Assembly (NCBI GenBank): GCA_963665815.1
Contig: OY762463.1
Location: forward strand, 2,285,949 to 2,349,948
Reading direction: 5' to 3'
Length of the DNA stretch: 64,000 nucleotides
Source of the DNA: Candidatus Cloacimonadales bacterium
GTDB lineage: Bacteria > Cloacimonadota > Cloacimonadia > Cloacimonadales > JAIOQZ01
Within the stretch, counting starts at the first letter, position 1. The number at the start of each line of letters is the position of its first letter. The notes under the pieces were generated by a model. That model did no database searches. It was not told where the DNA came from and saw only the letters and a program-made list of their open reading frames with translations. Both the position numbers and the translations under genes were made by a program. Positions 58,601 to 64,000 of the stretch are shown piece after piece.

Positions 58601-59493
58601 ATCAGGCTGTATTAGATGGAATCATTGAGGGTTATGGGCTTGACAATTCCGGATTTATAACTGAAGAAAGAGTTATTGAAAATGGTAAAAGCCTGTGGAT
58701 TTACAGCTTTGAAGATTCTCTTGAAATGGAATTTACGACTTATCCTGTCAGAGATTCACTGGAGTTTCAATATCCGGAATACCAGTTTGTTAATGTTGTA
58801 GTTTCTGATATGACTGAAGAGAATCAGGATTTATTCACTACAGGTCACTACGAATATGGTTTTGAAGAGTTTGATATAGGCTTGGACAGAATGTGTCCTC
58901 CAGATAACTTCAAGCAGATAAAAGCTTACACATATGACGATGATTATTGTTATTTCAGGAATCTGAAGCCTTACATCATCGACATAAACCTTGATACAGA
59001 ATACAATTTGAGAATACATTCTCCAGCCGGAGACTCAGTTAAACTGTTCATTGATGATGCTAATTACAGAGTTGAGTATTCATTCTATGTTTTCGTAAAC
59101 GGACAACAGAGAAGATTGAGATACGGGCAGGATCTGGTTCTCTATAATGAAACAGGTACGCTGGATCTGATTTTCAAAATACAGGATTATGTAACATCCA
59201 ACGATGTGAACACTTATGAATTTGTTCCACTCGCAAACTATCCGAATCCTTTCAATCCAGAGACAACTCTTAATTTCTCAATCCATAAACCTGAACATGT
59301 TGAACTTAAAGTTTATAACTTAAAAGGTCAGCTTGTAAAAACCCTCGTTGATGAAAAAATGGAAGCAGGTATTCATAAAGTAGTATGGAAAGGCAGAAAC
59401 AACAAAGACAGACAAGTCGCATCCGGAGTTTACTTCGTTAAACTGAAAGCCAGCACAAATAATGATATCAGGAAAATGATATTATTGAAGTAG
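55672..59493 (+). CDS. Very large T9SS-sorted secreted protein (1273 aa)
   Basis: ATG at 55672 sits 6 nt after AAAGAGG. Signal peptide MRYINIFLIFIFCFQLHA. C-terminal NYPNPFNPETTLNFSI...GVYFVKLKAS...MILLK is a T9SS C-terminal domain. The N-terminal region has weak zinc-amidohydrolase-like motifs (TPHP, DPTRN, VQIHSYD). Confidence 0.8.
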   Translation: MRYINIFLIFIFCFQLHAVVQESASLKDFLYGETDQTAYDNFQSHIIEGVDHNINDHAPYDPHTDGFGTFTVPTDTDTLNWAQLIQFFLDENLQSADSLIQELNLPYEIVEFNDTDVNRNYIMLRELVDTTYVDTNSTDGYIERGSFNKGWGLYIYNPNSFYDNIITTPHPSDDFITIPVSCYAFQELNAKYWLISNVSREAAHSGTNFTNGTSLSDPTRNSCHPYNTTYKAIANKVRQETGEREFCVQIHSYDWDNTGPHRPIELSMGPFNDKTSLPTRDFSSQHRDLVNFTDEIVVPANSVGIHDQIRVEDYYCINNGTEPIYFYGENQDYAIDNQIWLEGYHYNVQMRYTNDNYNDYEVFDPFFHIEMHELPYVYATNDSTYRWFYEQTGPSFKSRFDKMFVFYAPWVDALDEAMRYYNRRNDYQTPDAPQLTQLSTLPEISWTRADCYDFATYRIFYSDSTITDPPDSTVSYIDRNSMETLAQPTFNSYTDEVVSLIGKYVRVQTVDQNGHESDLSNEIIVVSSNVNISQFSITPGDNGVTVSWTTTSQTNNSGFLLKRTEYPFDQTQTLFSYVSDLAMLGYNQAGTRNYSVTDNSVVDGGIYKYSLYSHNSQLNADVPLYLNQELNIVPYYNLVLDRNGVTEESTFGMNFFASDGYSDDFDETTSLYNRSQYVVFTSPPMPRSYETMIHEAFDPNEVWKEWPVKIKNQSGENGEVYMDPLPASMHQGGRLFMTDGTNCINLLTDTLAVPNGISGDYYTMYWGNIQPNISQNMDITKYYHAGDTLTLNWSSDREYMIKKHYLTVMDHSGTQTLVDSIYSTTNSYEIIPDGTYSDSVFFTLHTILYDDDEISIDFPVIHVYNNTQSYALEEGIQLLNVHNLNSNININTMLSDLVHFYSYDDSSFTQHITMTSGTYAVESDQTYQFSEQTPAYPNSTNSVLLSQGWNLIGSPFPHDYPLSAVKIIQNNQETTYNQAVLDGIIEGYGLDNSGFITEERVIENGKSLWIYSFEDSLEMEFTTYPVRDSLEFQYPEYQFVNVVVSDMTEENQDLFTTGHYEYGFEEFDIGLDRMCPPDNFKQIKAYTYDDDYCYFRNLKPYIIDINLDTEYNLRIHSPAGDSVKLFIDDANYRVEYSFYVFVNGQQRRLRYGQDLVLYNETGTLDLIFKIQDYVTSNDVNTYEFVPLANYPNPFNPETTLNFSIHKPEHVELKVYNLKGQLVKTLVDEKMEAGIHKVVWKGRNNKDRQVASGVYFVKLKASTNNDIRKMILLK

Positions 59494-59518
59494 TTGATAA
59501 ATTAATATAGTTATAGAA

Positions 59519-59546
59519 AAGCAGGCTTTAAGCCTGCTTTTTTTGT
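59519..59546 (+). terminator. Rho-independent terminator
   Basis: AGCAGGCTT-TA-AGCCTGCT followed by T7. Confidence 0.8.
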
Positions 59547-59821
59547 CTATACTATAAATTGAGAATCACAAGCTTGCCATAGTTTTTACAGAAAAATTGA
59601 CGTATTTCATTGTGCAAAGATAAAATGCAGGAGAGAAGGGATTCAAATATGTTAAAGGAATTATTAATAAGAATAATGGGTACTCCCTGAGAATCTGGTA
59701 GAAGCACAATGCTCAAATGCGAACACTTAATGACACAAAGCTTGAGATGATCGTGGACACAACTTTTCACAAAACGAGAGCATAGCAGAATAGCAATTAC
59801 AGCATAACATTACGAAATGAG

Positions 59822-59853
59822 TAAAACAAAAACCTGCCGTAGTTACAGCAGGT
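59822..59853 (-). terminator. Rho-independent terminator of the lipoprotein gene
   Basis: On the minus strand: AACCTGC-N10-GCAGGTT followed by TTTTGTTTT. Confidence 0.6.
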
Positions 59854-59886
59854 TAGTATAGTTAATTTAGTGTTGTGAACCAAAAA

Positions 59887-60540
59887 TTAATAATTTGAAA
59901 CAAGTGCACCTACTCTTCGAGCAATATATCTTGAATAAGATGTCCTGAATTCAGAAATAAATTCATCAGTAATATCTTCATCATATTGCATGAAGTAAAA
60001 TCCACCAAGAAATGGAAGAACACCATATTCAAACCATCCAAGTTCAATCCATGTCCTGTCAAACTCAGAATGAGTACACTTATATTTTGTAGGTATTGTC
60101 TTAGTAAATTTTGTTTTTTTTGTCTCAAAATCAATCAGTTTTATGTCAGTTACTATTTCAAGAGAATAGTTATATCCATGCCAGGCAGGGGTCCAGATAA
60201 TATACCCCGGAAAACTGATAAGGAAATTAGTCCAGCTTCCTGCGGGTTTCTTTGTAATTCCTATTTCCATAATATAATCTACAGGATTATTGTCGTCAGG
60301 AGCATAGGGATATTCCACTTCAATTTTACCAAGAAGAGACATTTCCAACACAATATTATCCATTAATCTGTCGTCGATTGTACCATCGTCAATAATACCG
60401 ATTTTCAGATTATTTTGCAGATAAGGCATTGAAGCCGTGTAAGCACCATGATTCTTAACTCTTAACTGATGAGAGCAACCCGTTGCCAGTAAAACAAAAA
60501 ACAATAACAATGCAATTTTTGAAGCCATTTTGAAGTTCAT
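59887..60540 (-). CDS. Hypothetical lipoprotein
   Basis: AGGAGAAAGA-ATG start context. Lipobox LLATGC. No domain recognised. Confidence 0.55.
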   Translation of the reverse strand: MNFKMASKIALLLFFVLLATGCSHQLRVKNHGAYTASMPYLQNNLKIGIIDDGTIDDRLMDNIVLEMSLLGKIEVEYPYAPDDNNPVDYIMEIGITKKPAGSWTNFLISFPGYIIWTPAWHGYNYSLEIVTDIKLIDFETKKTKFTKTIPTKYKCTHSEFDRTWIELGWFEYGVLPFLGGFYFMQYDEDITDEFISEFRTSYSRYIARRVGALVSNY

Positions 60541-61092
60541 TCTTTCTCCTAAAAAGTAAAATTAGTATTCACATAAACCTACCGAATATTCATATACAAT
60601 ACTTTAGTTAAGTATTTTGATATTCAATATCTGTATTAAACAAATGTATTTAGTGTGTTTTAAATATGTCAAGTATAAATCATAATTATTAGTATCCTGT
60701 TTTTTGTTGAAAGTCGGCCTTGAAGATACCCGGAAGGATTTTTCAGGAGATATTCCATAGAAAATTGCTCTCCTTAAAGACTTATGAAACTCATGAATAA
60801 TGTTCCATTCTGTACGGAATTCTGGTGTTATTCTGTAAACAGGAACACTATGGGACGAGATTTGATCTTTATCAAATCGGATGTGTTAATTACTAAATTT
60901 TGCATAATATCTATTCATTTTCTTTGAGCCCGAATGAAATGATAATTTTTGCCAAACAACAATAGTATTGCAAATTTTGTGAGAAATATGAAATATTTGA
61001 ATCGATATTATATTGCACGGAAATAAAATTATTGACAATTATAAATGAAATAATCTATTTCTTGTTATTCTTAACAGGCTGGAGAGTAAATA

Positions 61093-62976
61093 ATGGAATG
61101 GCTTTCAAACGATAAAGGAAATCTCGTATCTGCAATTGTATTGTGTGTGATTGCCTTGTTTTCAAGTTTTACTTTAGCAGTCTTAGTTATGGGTGATAAA
61201 ACCAATGCAAATTCTTCATTTGTTCTGATGCAGGAAACTCATCTGCTTCGATCAGGAATAGACAGAGGTCAGAATTTTCTCCGTCTGAACGACAGTTTTA
61301 CCGATGTATCTTCATATGATCTGGGAGTCAGGTTGTTTGAAATTGTGAGTGGAAGATCTCTTGTTACATTTGGTGTTAAAACAAAAGTTTTCTCCGGTGT
61401 ATCAGAACAGACAAATGAGATTATTGCTGCAAAGCGTGGAGTTAAAGCTCTGGTAAAAGCATTCAAGAAAAGAAAGCGATATGTTGCATTTTCAAGTCAT
61501 GACGATAACACTGTTCTCAAATTTCGAAAATATGGTGAAAGGAATGTTAGAAAACAGACTTTTGCCGGATTTATGTATTTTACAAATACTGATACTTCTG
61601 TTAACGATGGTCCGGTGTATTTTGGCGGTCGGGATGAATTATGGGGACGCATACACAGTAATACAGATATTTTGATACTTCGTGGAAGTTATCCGGTTTT
61701 CCATGACTTTGTTACTTCCTCAGGAGGAATTCTGACCCAGAATGGACAGTCAGCACCTTTAAGTAATAGATCAGTGTTTAAAAAAGGAGCAGAAGAATAT
61801 GTACCGGAAATTGAATATTTCCCTTTCGCAACAACTATCAGACAGTATGGAAACCATATTACCGGACAGGATTTACTATATGCACGAGTTGAAGGCGTTA
61901 ACCATCAAATATATTCTGCAACAATAAATGACTTACCTGCTGATACTCTGATTGTATACGATTCTTACCCTCCTTACGGACTTGTTGGTGATTCACTTTT
62001 CAGTAATATCATAGTGTTCCGTGATACCTCATGGTCTAATCCAATTTCAGGAACTTTGAATGATGGTGCAATATTTGCTCATTCTGATTTATGGATAAAA
62101 GGCTGTTTCGGAGGCAAACAAACCTGGGGCTGCGAAGGAGATATGTATCTGCTTGGTGATATAACTCTGGCTAACACTCCTGTTGGTGAAGCTCCAGATG
62201 GATATAACGAAACTCTGGATGATTATTCCGGTCCCATAAACAGAACAGATATTGTTGGTCTTGTTTCTGAAAGACGAATTTTTATGAAATATGCTTACAA
62301 TAGCCCTGAGACAGGAGGCATATATTGGGAAAACTGCGGTAATAGCAGCAATGGAGATGATGGAATATTTATATATGCAGCAATGGCAGCAATGGGACAG
62401 GGAGATGGCTGGTTAGACGGACATTTTTCCTATGAGTATCAATATCCTCATCCGTCAACTCCTCATGCGTATGACTGGCGGAACACAGATGAAGATTTCA
62501 TGTATCCTGATTTGCACCTGGGGAAGTATCCTCCGGTCAACAGTCTTCATTACTGGCCCTGGCCGGCAAATACAAATACAGGATTTACTTATCCGCAATC
62601 ATGGCAGGGAATGTCATGGCGTAGTGCTGGAGCTCCCGATTATCCGTGGTATAATCCCGTTTTTCCATCAACAGTGATGTACTTTGAGCGTGGCAATGTT
62701 AATATTTTTGGATCTATAGCACAATCAAGAAGAGGTTATATTCACAGGTCCGGTATGGATTTTAATGACTCCGGCTACTGGGACCTTGATGATCCAGCTC
62801 ATCCAATGATGGGACCGGGAGTTCTCTCCAACGGATATTGGAAAAACTACCACTTTGACAGAAGATTCAATACTGTACCTCCACCATATTATCCGGAGGT
62901 TAACACAAGGGGAGGCAGCAGCAGCCTTAATGGATTGATACTTTTCAAAGAACCTCCCACAAATGATATTTTCTGA
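61093..62976 (+). CDS. Hypothetical membrane-anchored / secreted protein, PilX-N-like hydrophobic N-terminus (paralog 1)
   Basis: GGAGAG RBS. N-terminus KGNLVSAIVLCVIALFSSFTLAVLVMGD, then 590 aa rich in W/Y/P/G. Collinear with the next gene. Confidence 0.6.
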   Translation: MEWLSNDKGNLVSAIVLCVIALFSSFTLAVLVMGDKTNANSSFVLMQETHLLRSGIDRGQNFLRLNDSFTDVSSYDLGVRLFEIVSGRSLVTFGVKTKVFSGVSEQTNEIIAAKRGVKALVKAFKKRKRYVAFSSHDDNTVLKFRKYGERNVRKQTFAGFMYFTNTDTSVNDGPVYFGGRDELWGRIHSNTDILILRGSYPVFHDFVTSSGGILTQNGQSAPLSNRSVFKKGAEEYVPEIEYFPFATTIRQYGNHITGQDLLYARVEGVNHQIYSATINDLPADTLIVYDSYPPYGLVGDSLFSNIIVFRDTSWSNPISGTLNDGAIFAHSDLWIKGCFGGKQTWGCEGDMYLLGDITLANTPVGEAPDGYNETLDDYSGPINRTDIVGLVSERRIFMKYAYNSPETGGIYWENCGNSSNGDDGIFIYAAMAAMGQGDGWLDGHFSYEYQYPHPSTPHAYDWRNTDEDFMYPDLHLGKYPPVNSLHYWPWPANTNTGFTYPQSWQGMSWRSAGAPDYPWYNPVFPSTVMYFERGNVNIFGSIAQSRRGYIHRSGMDFNDSGYWDLDDPAHPMMGPGVLSNGYWKNYHFDRRFNTVPPPYYPEVNTRGGSSSLNGLILFKEPPTNDIF

Positions 62977-63258
62977 AATAAACTATTTTACTATTTTTTC
63001 AGTTTTGAAAAATGTTAAAATATAATATAACTTACTAATTTACAACGAACTAAACCCAATTCATTACAAATGTGCTTTTCATATATTATCATAATTGTAA
63101 AATACAATATTACGAGAAAAATTTCATATTTGTAACAGCTTGTTAACACACTCCTTAGACATTTACTCCTGTTTGGCATACACATTGTTATATAATCAGC
63201 GAATGTAACTGATGTGGAAATAATGTAGTTTCAAAAATTGATTAAAGAGGAGAGTCCT

Positions 63259-64000
63259 ATGAAAATTAAACTCAATGAGAATGGGAATTTGGCATCAGCT
63301 ATTGTGCTGAGTATCATTGCTGTTTTATCAGGTCTGGTTCTTACTGTACTGGTAATGGGAGATGCCACTCATGCTGAAGCTTCTTTTATCAAAATGCAGG
63401 AAACTCATTTTTTGCGAACCGGTATTGATCGTGGTCAGAATTTTATGGCAAATGGAGATAACGTGATGGATTTATCCACCGCTGATCTTGGAGTTAGACT
63501 TTATGAAATTGAAAGTGGTAATTCAGTGATTACATATGGTGCCAGAACCAAAATATCAACAGGTTTACCTGAACAGGAAAATCAGTTAATCATTGCTAAA
63601 AGAGGTGTAAAGGCATTAGTAAAAGCATTCAAAAGAAGAAAACGTTATGTTGTATTTTCCAGTCAGGACTACAATTATACATCACGCTTCAAAAAATATG
63701 GAGAACGTAACATAAGAAAGCAGACATTCGCCGGTTTTATGTACTTCACAGACACAGATATCTCTGTAAATGATGATCAGGTGAGGTTCTGGGGACGTGA
63801 TGAGATCTGGGGACGAGTTCACAGTAATACAGATATAATACTTTCGACAATAAGTCAGCCCTTGTTTCACGATTTTGTTTCTTCTTCCGGTGAAATTGTC
63901 ATGCAGAACGGTCAACCCGCAAATCTCGAAGACACATCAATTTTCGAAGATGGTGCTGAAGAACATGTTCCCTATATAGAGTACAATCCTGTTGCCATAT
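63259..64000 (+). CDS. Paralog 2 of the preceding gene, 5' part (runs off the right edge; not in the ORF track because no stop is reached)
   Basis: ATG at 63259 follows AAAGAGGAGAG. My translation MKIKLNENGNLASAIVLSIIAVLSGLVLTVLVMGDATHAEASFIKMQETHFLRTGIDRGQNF...RKQTFAGFMYFTDTDISVND...WGRVHSNTDI is open to position 64000. It aligns with 61093..62976 throughout. Confidence 0.75.
   Translation, partial: MKIKLNENGNLASAIVLSIIAVLSGLVLTVLVMGDATHAEASFIKMQETHFLRTGIDRGQNFMANGDNVMDLSTADLGVRLYEIESGNSVITYGARTKISTGLPEQENQLIIAKRGVKALVKAFKRRKRYVVFSSQDYNYTSRFKKYGERNIRKQTFAGFMYFTDTDISVNDDQVRFWGRDEIWGRVHSNTDIILSTISQPLFHDFVSSSGEIVMQNGQPANLEDTSIFEDGAEEHVPYIEYNPVAI

Overview
AT-rich (roughly 36-38% GC by eye) bacterial chromosomal segment. 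About 50 protein genes are densely packed, mostly on the minus strand, with two tRNAs. I saw no rRNA, CRISPR array, transposase or integrase. Four large secreted proteins end in a T9SS-type C-terminal sorting domain (NYPNPFNP.TTI...GVYFYK). This suggests an FCB-group or Cloacimonadota-like organism, but that is inference only. The core backbone is rsmG-parA-parB-M23 peptidase followed by a complete F-type ATP synthase operon (atpI-B-c3x-E-F-H-A-G-D-C). Other recognisable blocks: a PHP/membrane/GT2/GT4/YfhO glycosylation operon; tRNA-Lys/tRNA-Glu; mntP-zupT; an RND efflux pair; a CapA-like lipoprotein; and a NapH-like/ferredoxin/FNR fusion. Most interesting observations: (1) The atp operon encodes a 251-aa triplicated c subunit in which only the third hairpin keeps the ion-binding glutamate. 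It sits next to a normal c subunit carrying a Na+-type signature. (2) There is a tandem array of four about 630-aa paralogs, each an RDD membrane domain fused to a large uncharacterised domain, with a 191-bp exact conversion tract between two of them. (3) An 8.5-kb island of three T9SS cargo paralogs is bracketed by 59-bp perfect direct repeats that duplicate the 3' end of atpC. (4) One island gene contains a 14-nt poly-G tract in its coding sequence, making it a candidate phase-variable locus. (5) A TcmP / three-Cys radical-SAM-like pair lies at the left edge. (6) A structured intergenic repeat family is present. All functional calls rest on motifs I recognise by eye; no searches were run.
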